From a virus: DNA of 64,000 nt. Shown here piece by piece: positions 36,407 through 45,788 of the stretch. The stretch's first letter is position 1, and every line of letters starts with the position of its first letter. The position numbers were made by a program, and so were the translations under genes. The stretch lies in IMG/VR virus record IMGVR_UViG_3300047369_000650, positions 113,536 through 177,535 of that record; one strand, given 5' to 3'. The notes beneath the pieces were generated by a model, which worked only from the letters and a program-made list of their open reading frames with translations, had not been told where the DNA came from and ran no database searches.

Positions 36407-37363
36407 ATGTCACATATAACAGTAACTGGCGGCGCCGGTTTTATTGCTTACCATCTTATACAAAAGCTAGTTGACGAAGGTCATACTGTAACAGCATTTG
36501 ATAACTTTAATGATTACTATGATGTTGATCTAAAAGAAGATAGAGCAAACAATTTAAAGAATCTTGGTGTTGAAGTGCACCGTCTTGATCTAAAATCAAA
36601 AGAACCTTTACGTTTTTTTCTTGCTGCTCATAAACCTGATGCCGTTATTCATTTAGCTGCATATGCAGGTGTACGACACTCGTTAGAAGAACCACAAACA
36701 TATATTGATAATAATGTTACTGGTACTCAAAATCTAATCGAAGCTTGTGTGGATGCTAATGTTGAAAACGTAATATATGCATCAACATCATGTACTATGG
36801 CTGGTAATGAATTACCCTGGAAAGAAGATGAGAAATGTGGTTATCAATTAAATCCATATGGCTATACTAAATTTACTAATGAAGCACAGTTTATGTCTAG
36901 TTCAATTATCAGGACAGTTGGGCTCCGTTTCTTTACTGTTTACGGTCCTTGGGGTCGCCCTGATATGGCACTCTTTGATTTTACTAAAAATATTGTTGCT
37001 GGTAAGGAAATTGAACTATTTAACTATGGCGATATGATTCGTGACTTTACATATGTTGATGATATTGTAAACGGTATTGTTATTGTTTTAAATCAATCTT
37101 TATCTCAAACTGAAGAATTTAATGAAATATATAACATTGGTTGTGGAGAACAAGTAAAGCTAGTTGATTTCGTTGATCACATTGAAAATAATCTTGACCG
37201 TAAAGCTAAACGTAAACTTGTGCCAATACACCCAGCTGATACTCAAGCTACTTGGTCTGATACAACTAAACTACAAAAACTTGGTTATAAACCTACAGTT
37301 TCAATTGCCGAAGGTGTGGAAAAATTTATTTCTTGGTATAAACTATATTATGGAGTAAACTAA
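36407..37363 (+). CDS. NAD-dependent epimerase (UDP-glucuronate 4-epimerase-like)
   Basis: TGGAGFIA, HLAAYAGVRHS, YGYTK, RFFTVYGPWGRPDMA, RDFTYVDDIV. Confidence 0.9.
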   Translation: MSHITVTGGAGFIAYHLIQKLVDEGHTVTAFDNFNDYYDVDLKEDRANNLKNLGVEVHRLDLKSKEPLRFFLAAHKPDAVIHLAAYAGVRHSLEEPQTYIDNNVTGTQNLIEACVDANVENVIYASTSCTMAGNELPWKEDEKCGYQLNPYGYTKFTNEAQFMSSSIIRTVGLRFFTVYGPWGRPDMALFDFTKNIVAGKEIELFNYGDMIRDFTYVDDIVNGIVIVLNQSLSQTEEFNEIYNIGCGEQVKLVDFVDHIENNLDRKAKRKLVPIHPADTQATWSDTTKLQKLGYKPTVSIAEGVEKFISWYKLYYGVN

Positions 37364-37366
37364 TGC

Positions 37367-37395
37367 TTTACAAAACCGTTGCATTATATTATAAT
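37367..37395 (+). promoter_or_regulatory. Sigma70-type promoter
   Basis: TTTACA-N17-TATAAT. Confidence 0.7.
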
Positions 37396-37477
37396 ATATC
37401 AGTAGAAGAATTAATTAATAGGCTTGTAAATAATGGCGAGCCTCTTATATGCAAATATTACAAGGAAGTTTATCCCG

Positions 37478-38317
37478 ATGGGTTCTAAATTAAAGATTGC
37501 AATTGTTGGACATGGTTTTGTCGGTAAAGCTATTGATCACGGTTTTAATGATTATAACTGTACCAAAATCATCATTGATCCTAAATATGGAAATAGTGTC
37601 GATAGTATTAAATCACTAGATGTAGATGTTTCTTTTGTGGCTGTTCCAACCCCTATGGGTAAAGATGGTGAGATTGATTCATCTATTGTGGTAGAAACTG
37701 TAAAAAAACTTAAACAACGGCGTAGTGGCATTATAGTAATTAAATCCACAGTAACACCTGATATTATTAAATCTCTTACTAGAGGAGGTGGCACAAGTTC
37801 AAGAGTTGTCTATAACCCAGAATTCCTAACAGAAGTTAATGCTAATTCTGATTTTATAAATCCTGATATGCATGTGTTTGGTGGACATAAAGAAACTACA
37901 CTACGATTAGAAGAAATCTATAAAGAATATAGTTTATGCAAACCATGTCCAGCCTTTCATATGTCTGCTACAGAAGCCAGCTTTGTTAAGTATGGTCTTA
38001 ACTGTTTTCTTGCTACCAAAGTTTTATGGTTTAATCAATTCTATGATGTGGTAGAAAAGTTTGGTGGAAATTTCGGTCATATAGTAAATGCTATTGGTAC
38101 AGATCCACGTATTGGTACATCACATACTAGAGCGCCAGGCTTTGATGGTAAACGCGGCTATGGTGGTGCTTGTTTCCCAAAAGATACATCCGCATTTAAT
38201 ACTTTTTCAAACCAAGAGTTTAGCGTTTTAAACGAGGTTATTCGTGTAAATAATGAATATAGAAAAGAGTATGAAAAAGATTCTCGTGAGCTAGAGCAAA
38301 ACGTAAGCTATGCTTGA
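37478..38317 (+). CDS. UDP-glucose/GDP-mannose 6-dehydrogenase family (short form)
   Basis: IVGHGFVG, VAVPTP, IKSTV.P, NPEFL, GYGGACFPKD; ends before the usual C-terminal UDP-binding domain. Confidence 0.88.
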   Translation: MGSKLKIAIVGHGFVGKAIDHGFNDYNCTKIIIDPKYGNSVDSIKSLDVDVSFVAVPTPMGKDGEIDSSIVVETVKKLKQRRSGIIVIKSTVTPDIIKSLTRGGGTSSRVVYNPEFLTEVNANSDFINPDMHVFGGHKETTLRLEEIYKEYSLCKPCPAFHMSATEASFVKYGLNCFLATKVLWFNQFYDVVEKFGGNFGHIVNAIGTDPRIGTSHTRAPGFDGKRGYGGACFPKDTSAFNTFSNQEFSVLNEVIRVNNEYRKEYEKDSRELEQNVSYA

Positions 38318-38459
38318 ATTATTAATATATGCTATTTGTATATATCTGATAATAATATTACTACAGATTTTATTTAAACCACTAATTGCAATATTAGTAA
38401 TTTTTATTACACTATTTTTATTAGAAAAATATGATATTTTTTATATACATCTATTGTAA
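38310..38459 (+). CDS. Small hydrophobic membrane peptide (49 aa)
   Basis: MLELLIYAICIYLIIILLQILFKPLIAILVIFITLFLLEK...; overlaps the previous stop. Confidence 0.4.
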   Translation: MLELLIYAICIYLIIILLQILFKPLIAILVIFITLFLLEKYDIFYIHLL

Positions 38460-38472
38460 TTTGGTTTATAAT
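38444..38472 (+). promoter_or_regulatory. Sigma70-type promoter for uvsX
   Basis: TATACA-N17-TATAAT, nearly identical to the gp55 promoter. Confidence 0.7.
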
Positions 38473-38504
38473 ATATAAATTAATACTATACAGAGGAGTA
38501 TTGT

Positions 38505-39551
38505 ATGTCAATTATGGACAAACTCAAGAAGAATTCAAAACTATCCCACACATCGATTCTTTCTGAGTCTAAATTTTTTACTGAAAAAGATATGGTTCCA
38601 ACAGATGTCCCTATGATTAATGTTGCACTATCTGGTTCGGTAGATGGTGGGTTAGCCCCAGGTCTTACAGTTCTTGCGGGACCTTCTAAACACTTTAAAA
38701 CTTCCTTTGCCTTACTTATGGCAGCTGCCTATTTAAAGGCATATCCAGATGCAGTAATGCTATTCTATGATTCAGAGTTTGGATCACCTCAGAGTTATTT
38801 TGAACAATTCGGTGTTGATACATCTCGTGTTCTTCATACACCAATTACTAATGTTGAAGAATTAAAATTTGACTTAATTGGTCAACTAGAAGAATTAGAT
38901 AGAAACGATAAAGTTGTAGTTGTTATTGATTCTATTGGTAACTTAGCATCAAAGAAAGAATTAGAAGACGCTAAGAATGAAAAGTCTGTAGCAGATATGT
39001 CTCGTGCAAAAGCACTTAAAGGCTTATTCCGTATGAGTACACCATATCTTGCTATGAAGAATATTCCACTTATTGCAGTAAATCATACATATCAAGAGAT
39101 TGGTTTATTTCCTAAAGCTATTGTATCTGGCGGAACTGGTATATACTATAGTGCAGATAATATTTGGATTATTGGTCGCCAACAAGATAAGAAAGGTACC
39201 GAGATTCAAGGTTATCACTTTGTGATTAATGTGGAGAAATCACGATATGTTAAAGAAAAGTCAAAGATTCCTATTACTGTGTCTTGGGAAGGTGGTGTCA
39301 AGTCTTATTCTGGCTTGCTCGATTGTGCTCTTGCTGGTGGTTATGCTGTTAAGCCTTCCAATGGCTGGTATGCTACTGTTGATCAATCTTCTGGAGAAGT
39401 TGGACCTAAAGTTCGGTACGATGGAACTCTTGATAAGTCCTTCTGGGATCCGATCTTTGCTGAAACGGATTTTAAAGATTTCCTAAAGAAGCAATATAGC
39501 ATCGGTCATCAGTCTCTTGTTGAAATGGATGAAATTGTGGTTGAAGAGTAA
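38505..39551 (+). CDS. uvsX: RecA-like recombinase UvsX
   Basis: AGPSKHFKT, FYDSEFG, IDSIGNLASKKE, SGGTGIYYSADNI, VEKSRYVKEK. Confidence 0.96.
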   Translation: MSIMDKLKKNSKLSHTSILSESKFFTEKDMVPTDVPMINVALSGSVDGGLAPGLTVLAGPSKHFKTSFALLMAAAYLKAYPDAVMLFYDSEFGSPQSYFEQFGVDTSRVLHTPITNVEELKFDLIGQLEELDRNDKVVVVIDSIGNLASKKELEDAKNEKSVADMSRAKALKGLFRMSTPYLAMKNIPLIAVNHTYQEIGLFPKAIVSGGTGIYYSADNIWIIGRQQDKKGTEIQGYHFVINVEKSRYVKEKSKIPITVSWEGGVKSYSGLLDCALAGGYAVKPSNGWYATVDQSSGEVGPKVRYDGTLDKSFWDPIFAETDFKDFLKKQYSIGHQSLVEMDEIVVEE

Positions 39552-39865
39552 TGGGCAAGTATGTAGAAAATAAAGATTACGAACTAATATCAGATGAAAA
39601 TATTAATGAAGTATGGAATGTTAGAATACTTGAAGGAGAGTTTAACGAGGTTGTAATTCGTTACGGTTCTATTCGTGTTGATGGTAAGACTCCAGAAAAT
39701 GACGAAGAACTGGATTTACATTTTGACTTTGAAGTTATCTCAGCACCAGATGAAGACCTTACGGCAGAAGATATTGGTTTACAATTAGCTGCGGGTGATT
39801 TATTATATAGTATATTAGAATCTTCCATAGAAAACAAAGAAGAAATCCATTTAAAAGAGGTGTAA
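39551..39865 (+). CDS. Hypothetical acidic protein (gp40 position)
   Basis: Between uvsX and gp41; assignment by synteny only. Confidence 0.55.
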   Translation: MGKYVENKDYELISDENINEVWNVRILEGEFNEVVIRYGSIRVDGKTPENDEELDLHFDFEVISAPDEDLTAEDIGLQLAAGDLLYSILESSIENKEEIHLKEV

Positions 39866-39867
39866 AT

Positions 39868-41244
39868 TTGAACACTAATATAGAACAAGTTGTTCTTAAA
39901 AATATTCTTACTAATGAAAAATATATGCGAAAGGTTCTTCCTTTCGTAAAACCCGATTACTTTGAAGGTGTCTATAAGATGCTATTTAAACAAGCAGGAA
40001 TGTTTGTTGCAAAGTATAATAAACTTCCAACAGCGGAAGCATTTAAGATTGAAATTGATCAGGCTGATAACTATAATGACGAACAGTATAGACATGCTGT
40101 TGAAATTATTCCTAGTTTATTTGAAGAAGAAGCGTCTGATGAAACTTGGTTAAATGATACTACAGAAAAATGGTGTCAAGACCGTGCTTTATATAATGCT
40201 GTTATGGAATCAATCTCCATCATTGATGGCAAACATCAGAGTTTAACAAAAAATGCTTTACCGGATATTCTCACGAAAGCGCTCGGCGTCTCGTTCGACC
40301 CCAACATCGGTCACGACTATATTGAAAACTTTGAAGAGCGATTTGAATTCTACCACCGTGACGAAGAAAGATTACCTTTCGATCTTGACTACTTTAACAA
40401 GATTACAAAGGGAGGTATTCCAAACAAAAGTCTTAATGTCTGTCTTGCTGGTACTGGTGTTGGTAAATCTTTATTTATGTGTCACTGTGCTGCTGCTAAT
40501 CTAAATCAAGGTAAGAATGTTTTATATCTTACTATGGAGATGGCAGAAGAAAGAATAGCAGAACGAATTGATGCTAACTTACTTGATATACCAATTGATC
40601 AGCTAGAACATCTTAGTAAAGAGATGTTTGCAGAACGAGTCAGGGGTCTTTCATCTAAAACAAATGGTAAACTTATTATTAAAGAATATCCGACTGGATC
40701 AGCTCACGCTGGTCACTTTCGTGCTTTATTAAATGAGTTAAAATTAAAGAAATCATTTGAACCTGATATCATTTATATTGATTATTTGAATATCTGTTCT
40801 TCAAGTAGAATGAAAGGAATGGGTGGTGCAATTAACTCATACAACTACATTAAAGCAATTGCTGAAGAACTACGAGGTCTTGCGGTGGAGTTTGACTTAC
40901 CGATCGTTACTGCAACGCAGACGACTAGGTCTGGTTATAGTAACTCGGATATTGGGCTTGAAGATACGTCCGAGTCTTTTGGATTACCCGCTACCGCAGA
41001 CCTCATGTTCGCCCTTATCTCTACAGAAGAACTTGAGGGAATGGGACAACTCGCAGTCAAACAATTAAAGAATAGATATAATGATCCTACATATAAGAAG
41101 CGGTTTGTGATTGGTATAGATAGATCAAAGATGAGATTATTTGATGCTCATGAAGGCGAGCAAACATTAATAGATGATACTCCAGTATTTGATAAAACAA
41201 ATAATGGTATAAATGCAAAGAAATTTGAAGGTTTTAAATTATAA
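39868..41244 (+). CDS. gp41: Replicative helicase gp41 (DnaB-like)
   Basis: TTG start; AGTGVGKS, TMEMAEERIAERIDAN, IKEYPT, IDYLNI, TATQTTRSG, QLKNRY. Confidence 0.96.
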   Translation: MNTNIEQVVLKNILTNEKYMRKVLPFVKPDYFEGVYKMLFKQAGMFVAKYNKLPTAEAFKIEIDQADNYNDEQYRHAVEIIPSLFEEEASDETWLNDTTEKWCQDRALYNAVMESISIIDGKHQSLTKNALPDILTKALGVSFDPNIGHDYIENFEERFEFYHRDEERLPFDLDYFNKITKGGIPNKSLNVCLAGTGVGKSLFMCHCAAANLNQGKNVLYLTMEMAEERIAERIDANLLDIPIDQLEHLSKEMFAERVRGLSSKTNGKLIIKEYPTGSAHAGHFRALLNELKLKKSFEPDIIYIDYLNICSSSRMKGMGGAINSYNYIKAIAEELRGLAVEFDLPIVTATQTTRSGYSNSDIGLEDTSESFGLPATADLMFALISTEELEGMGQLAVKQLKNRYNDPTYKKRFVIGIDRSKMRLFDAHEGEQTLIDDTPVFDKTNNGINAKKFEGFKL

Positions 41245-41255
41245 GGAATTAAATC

Positions 41256-41540
41256 ATGGCTAAAAGTAAAGGCGGAAAATCAAGTGGGAATGTTTCTCAG
41301 GGCATTCATTCAAATGTAAGTAAAACTATTCGTAAAGAAATGCGAAGAGATTACCTTAATTCACAGATGCGAGTATTAAATCAACAAAAGGCTTTACGTC
41401 AAGGTAAAGACATTGTTATGACAATTGAAAATCCAAATAAAGCAGAAACAAATAAACCTTTTATTCGTCAGAGAATTTCTGGTAAATCATACATTGATTA
41501 TATGAAAAATAAAACCTATGTTATGAAAGAAGTACAATGA
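41256..41540 (+). CDS. Hypothetical basic protein
   Basis: 94 aa with AAGGA RBS; IENPNK.ETNKPFIR motif. Confidence 0.7.
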   Translation: MAKSKGGKSSGNVSQGIHSNVSKTIRKEMRRDYLNSQMRVLNQQKALRQGKDIVMTIENPNKAETNKPFIRQRISGKSYIDYMKNKTYVMKEVQ

Positions 41541-41710
41541 GCGAGAATACATACTATTGTACAATGAAGGGGTTACTACCGGCATTTTTAGTTATAGTTT
41601 TTATTATTATCGGCATACCAATTCTTGCACTTATGGCTATGGTCGGGCTTGAAGAGTATGCTCGCTATTGTAATGTGAGCTGGTTGCCTTGTTTTGGTAT
41701 TAGCCGATGA
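41537..41710 (+). CDS. Small membrane protein (57 aa)
   Basis: ATGA overlaps at both ends; central hydrophobic segment. Confidence 0.5.
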   Translation: MSENTYYCTMKGLLPAFLVIVFIIIGIPILALMAMVGLEEYARYCNVSWLPCFGISR

Positions 41711-41943
41711 CTGATTATAATAATGATGAATTTAAAGCCTGCTACAATAAAGTTATAAATGCGGTAAATAGTATGGTAGAAAATAATAATGAACCTTTAA
41801 TGATTGCAGCCGTTCTTACAACAACAGGATTAAGTTTATATCGGTCTTTATTACCCGAAGAGGATTATGATAAAATGCTAGAAGTTATGGTTGAATTTAA
41901 AGATGATATTAATTCATATCAACATAGAGGATATTTAAATTGA
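41707..41943 (+). CDS. Hypothetical protein
   Basis: 78 aa, coupled to its neighbours. Confidence 0.6.
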   Translation: MTDYNNDEFKACYNKVINAVNSMVENNNEPLMIAAVLTTTGLSLYRSLLPEEDYDKMLEVMVEFKDDINSYQHRGYLN

Positions 41944-42629
41944 AAGTTAGATTATTGGCATATAGCCAACCGATGAAACATGTGCACTCTGGAGAGCCAG
42001 GGATTATGGGTTTAGATAATATTCAAGATCTGATTGCATATTGCGCTAGAGTGTCAAATCCCGGCAACCAAGCCAATACTAAAACAACACCAAAGCTTTT
42101 ATCATATTTAATTAAACATAAGCATTGGTCTCCATTTGAAATGGCTTCAGCCACAATGGAGATTGAGACTACAAGAGACATTGCTCGTCAGTTTCTTCGG
42201 CATAGATCATTTTCTTTCCAAGAATTTTCACAGAGATATGCAGATCCAAATGATATGGGAGAAGCATTTGTTATTCGTGAAGCCAGACTTCAAGACGAAA
42301 AGAATCGGCAAAATAGTATAAAGAATGATGATACTGCTCTTGAAGCTTGGTGGCATGCACAACAGCAGTTTATGATTGATCATACTAAAAGAATTTACAA
42401 AGAAGCAAGAGAAAGGGGTATTGCAAAAGAACAAGCAAGAGCCATTTTACCAGAAGGTAATACGGTTTCTCGTTTATATGCGAATGGTACTATTAGATCA
42501 TGGATTCATTATATTGAGCTACGTTCAGCAAACGGAACTCAACAAGAACATATGGATCTAGCAATAGAAACTGCAAAAGCAATTGCTCAGATTTATCCTT
42601 CAGTAGAAAATTTTATTCAAGAGGAGTAG
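41940..42629 (+). CDS. thyX: Flavin-dependent thymidylate synthase ThyX
   Basis: ARVSNP, HWSPFE, RHRSFSFQEFSQRYA, KEQARAILP, HYIELR. Confidence 0.95.
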   Translation: MKVRLLAYSQPMKHVHSGEPGIMGLDNIQDLIAYCARVSNPGNQANTKTTPKLLSYLIKHKHWSPFEMASATMEIETTRDIARQFLRHRSFSFQEFSQRYADPNDMGEAFVIREARLQDEKNRQNSIKNDDTALEAWWHAQQQFMIDHTKRIYKEARERGIAKEQARAILPEGNTVSRLYANGTIRSWIHYIELRSANGTQQEHMDLAIETAKAIAQIYPSVENFIQEE

Positions 42630-42633
42630 ACCA

Positions 42634-42852
42634 ATGGGAAGAAAACTTTCAACTTATTATTCGGATCACGGAAAGGGTTACTGTGAAATCCATTTTGATT
42701 TTAAAGAAGAATATGGTTATATAAAATACTTTGATAATAATGAAAAGTTATTTTTTACTGAAGATTATAGAAATAAATCAATGCAATATATAGAAGATGC
42801 CGCCGAAAATTGGGCTCTCGGTATTAAACTTCTTGAATCAGAATATCATTGA
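42634..42852 (+). CDS. Hypothetical protein
   Basis: 72 aa with GAGGAG RBS. Confidence 0.7.
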   Translation: MGRKLSTYYSDHGKGYCEIHFDFKEEYGYIKYFDNNEKLFFTEDYRNKSMQYIEDAAENWALGIKLLESEYH

Positions 42853-42857
42853 CACTT

Positions 42858-43025
42858 ATGGCATTTCAATCTAGTAAAGAAATTATTTGGCATATAACTT
42901 GTTCTAGCTGCAAATTTTACTTTACTCTTCCTACTATGGAAGAAAAATATATGATTGATAGAGGTCAGTTACACTGTCCTGGATGTGGAAAAAAGCAAGG
43001 CGTAAAGATAATAAAAAGCGATTAA
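42858..43025 (+). CDS. Small zinc-ribbon protein (55 aa)
   Basis: MAFQSSKEIIWHITCSSCKF...LHCPGCGKK: two CxxC motifs. Confidence 0.6.
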   Translation: MAFQSSKEIIWHITCSSCKFYFTLPTMEEKYMIDRGQLHCPGCGKKQGVKIIKSD

Positions 43026-43026
43026 T

Positions 43027-43698
43027 ATGCATAACACACATGGTTTTGAAGAAGAAGAAAATGAACACGATGTCGTAGACAAAGTGTATAGTGATATAAA
43101 ACCAAGAAAGCAACCCAGTAAATGGGTTGCTAATCTTAAAAATATGTCTGGTGAAAAATATAAAATATCTGGTATGTTAGATAGTATAGAATATCAAGCT
43201 GCTGAATATATAGAATATCTTGAAAGTTTAGTGAATAAATATCATCTAGCAAATGATGCTTTTACAGGAGGTTTACCAGTGGCATATAGAACTAGCGCAA
43301 ACTTATTTGAATCCGGAGAATTTATAAGTCATGCGGGTTTAAAACTTAATTGGAAGCTTGAGTGCGATGCCATTAAACCTGAAGAGTGGCACGTACTTGC
43401 TAAGATGATAAAAGAATATGAACACCAGCCTTGGCAAAAAGCAGTAGGTATTCCAACTGGTGGTTGGGCCTTAGGTAATGCACTTGACAAATATTCTACT
43501 GGAAATCCTAATGATCCAATTCTTATTGCAGATGATGTATATACAACAGGAACAAGCTTTAAAGAATTTGTACAAGCTTCATATTCAGATGTTGCAACTA
43601 TACAATGGTGTGTATTTGCAAGACAGCCCACAATAGGCAAAGTAAAGGCTCTATTTACTATGCCAGATAAAGGTAGACACGGATCTATTTGGGAATAG
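43027..43698 (+). CDS. Type I phosphoribosyltransferase (orotate PRT-like) with N-terminal extension
   Basis: GEFISHAGLKLNWKLECDA, GIPTGG, ILIADDVYTTGTS PRPP-binding motif. Confidence 0.78.
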   Translation: MHNTHGFEEEENEHDVVDKVYSDIKPRKQPSKWVANLKNMSGEKYKISGMLDSIEYQAAEYIEYLESLVNKYHLANDAFTGGLPVAYRTSANLFESGEFISHAGLKLNWKLECDAIKPEEWHVLAKMIKEYEHQPWQKAVGIPTGGWALGNALDKYSTGNPNDPILIADDVYTTGTSFKEFVQASYSDVATIQWCVFARQPTIGKVKALFTMPDKGRHGSIWE

Positions 43699-43708
43699 GA
43701 GATATATT

Positions 43709-44266
43709 ATGAAATATTATAGATTAGAACCATCAGTTAAAAAATCTGTTATTGAATGGCATTCATTTAAGAGAAAAGATGCCGACGGTAATACAATTTT
43801 TCTCCGTAAAGAATTAGGCTGGAGATACGGAGCATGGTTAATTAGTGTACCAGAGACAGATGAAGAAATTAAAGAATATCTTTCTGATAAAGGAGATTAT
43901 GAATCATTTCAGGAATATCTTGTAGACTATTATGGCGAAGATGATATGATTACAGAAGAAACCAAATTAGAAGATTATCTGCTTCCTAAAATAGATGAAG
44001 ACTTTGTTGACATTAGTGAAGATTATGAAGATGCAGAAATGTTAGAAACCTGGGATGGATGTTGGGAAGACTGGTCACTTATTGGAACCGAACTTGATGA
44101 AATATCAGAAGAACAGCAAGAACAATGGATAGAAGATGCTACAGCAGCGTATGATGAAGATTATGAAGATGGAGTAGAAGGATTAGGTTGGGAATTTATA
44201 GACTGCTTCTATGAAATGCATTGTCATCCAGAAATTACACCATGTGATAAAAATGGCAATACTTAA
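43709..44266 (+). CDS. Hypothetical acidic protein
   Basis: 185 aa, AGGAG RBS, D/E-rich. Confidence 0.7.
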   Translation: MKYYRLEPSVKKSVIEWHSFKRKDADGNTIFLRKELGWRYGAWLISVPETDEEIKEYLSDKGDYESFQEYLVDYYGEDDMITEETKLEDYLLPKIDEDFVDISEDYEDAEMLETWDGCWEDWSLIGTELDEISEEQQEQWIEDATAAYDEDYEDGVEGLGWEFIDCFYEMHCHPEITPCDKNGNT

Positions 44267-44759
44267 TGTTTTAAAGACTATAGGTCGTAATGAAGAAAGT
44301 GACGAATGTTATACTCCAATTAATCAAGTTAAACCTTTATTACAATATCTTGATAATAGTAAAACATATTATGAGCCAACATCTGGAATATCATCTAATA
44401 TAGTAAAAGCTTTTACCGAAAATGGATATGATATGAAGTCCAGTAACGGTAAAGACTTTTTTGAGTGTACTGCAGATGATGTATATGATGGTATAGTAAC
44501 TAACCCACCGTATAGTAAAAAAGATAAATTTATAAAACACTGCTATAATCTTAAAAAACCATTTGCTTTACTACTTCCCGTATCATCATTTCAAGGTGTA
44601 AGAAGGGGTAAACAGTTCATAGAGCACGGTATGTCCGCAATAGTTTATAATCACAGAGTTGATTTTACTGGTGGTGATAATCCGCATTTTGGCGTTGCAT
44701 GGTTTGTGCATGGTTTTTTACCACCCAATCAAATATTTTGGGTCGATAATAAATTTTAA
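44253..44759 (+). CDS. Putative N6-adenine (amino) DNA methyltransferase
   Basis: DECYTP, KDFF, IVTNPPYS (NPPY motif IV), FALLLP. Confidence 0.7.
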   Translation: MAILNVLKTIGRNEESDECYTPINQVKPLLQYLDNSKTYYEPTSGISSNIVKAFTENGYDMKSSNGKDFFECTADDVYDGIVTNPPYSKKDKFIKHCYNLKKPFALLLPVSSFQGVRRGKQFIEHGMSAIVYNHRVDFTGGDNPHFGVAWFVHGFLPPNQIFWVDNKF

Positions 44760-44840
44760 AAAAATGCATTTTAGGGGTTTACATTCTATCTGAAATATAC
44801 TATATTAGTAGTATAAAGAGAATCGGATAGGAGATATATT
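44758..44840 (+). promoter_or_regulatory. Early promoter cassette copy D
   Basis: AAAATGCATTTTAGGGGTTTACA-N17-TATATT...AGAGAATCGGATAGGAG. Confidence 0.85.
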
Positions 44841-45224
44841 ATGGGTACTGCATCAATGATCGGAATTTACAATGACGACGGTTCAGTTACTGCGACATAC
44901 TGCCACTATGATGGCTACCTTTCTTATAATGGCCAGCTTTTAGTTAAGTCATACAACACTCCTGAAGCTGCAAAAGCAGTTGCAAATGCTGGCTATATTT
45001 CAGGCTTAACATCTGACCTTGATCACGATTTAAGAGCAGCGGTTCATAACGACGAACCAAAAGTTTATAACTCAGTAAAAACTTTTCTGGAGTGTGGCGA
45101 TAAGCACGCAGGAGCTGATTATCTTTACTTGTTTGATGGAGAAGCGTGGTTTTATACCGACACATATACTCCTCGCAACAAGCGGAGCTTTGAAGAAGTT
45201 GAAATGAATTTGGAAACTGTATAA
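44841..45224 (+). CDS. Hypothetical early protein
   Basis: MGTASMIG...YCHYDGYLSYNG...EYLYLF-like; behind cassette D. Confidence 0.75.
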   Translation: MGTASMIGIYNDDGSVTATYCHYDGYLSYNGQLLVKSYNTPEAAKAVANAGYISGLTSDLDHDLRAAVHNDEPKVYNSVKTFLECGDKHAGADYLYLFDGEAWFYTDTYTPRNKRSFEEVEMNLETV

Positions 45225-45781
45225 TGAAACTTCGTAATTTTATATCAGGTGTTCTTAATGGTATTACTGCAACGGCTCTTATTGCCGTTGCGGCTACTCA
45301 ACTATATGCTACCGAAAATAGCTGGAGTCGTAAAGAAATTGTTAGAATTACGCATAATGATGTTTATTGTCTTCAACAAAATATTTTCTTTGAAGCAAGA
45401 AACCAAACCGTTGAGGGCCAAGTTGCAGTAGCTTGGGTTACACTTAATCGTCTTGATAATGATATCTACCCTGATACAATTTGTGGTGTTGTAAAGCAAG
45501 CTAAACGTGATTCTTCTGGTAAAGTTATTCGTAATATGTGCCATTTTAGCTGGTACTGTGATGGAAAGTCTGATCGTATACCTACTAATAAAATATCACA
45601 AGCAGCCTGGAAACAAGCTGGTATTGTTGCTCAAGTTGTATTAATGGATAGAATGGCTGGATATATATTTAAAGACCCTACATATGGTTCTATAATGTAT
45701 CACTCAATTAAAGTATCTCCTTATTGGAGAACTGCATATGATCTTGTAACTAAGGTTGATGACCATATTTTTTATAAATGA
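45224..45781 (+). CDS. Cell wall hydrolase (SleB/Hydrolase_2)
   Basis: N-terminal TM segment; CLQQNIFFEARNQ..GQVAVAWVTLNR, CHFSWYCDGK, DPTYGS.MYH, DHIFY. Confidence 0.9.
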   Translation: MKLRNFISGVLNGITATALIAVAATQLYATENSWSRKEIVRITHNDVYCLQQNIFFEARNQTVEGQVAVAWVTLNRLDNDIYPDTICGVVKQAKRDSSGKVIRNMCHFSWYCDGKSDRIPTNKISQAAWKQAGIVAQVVLMDRMAGYIFKDPTYGSIMYHSIKVSPYWRTAYDLVTKVDDHIFYK

Positions 45782-45788
45782 GGAAAGA

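Noticed and set aside
27178-41244. Introns or inteins in gp43, uvsX or gp41
   Set aside because: All are continuous and of normal length, with no intein-sized insertions.
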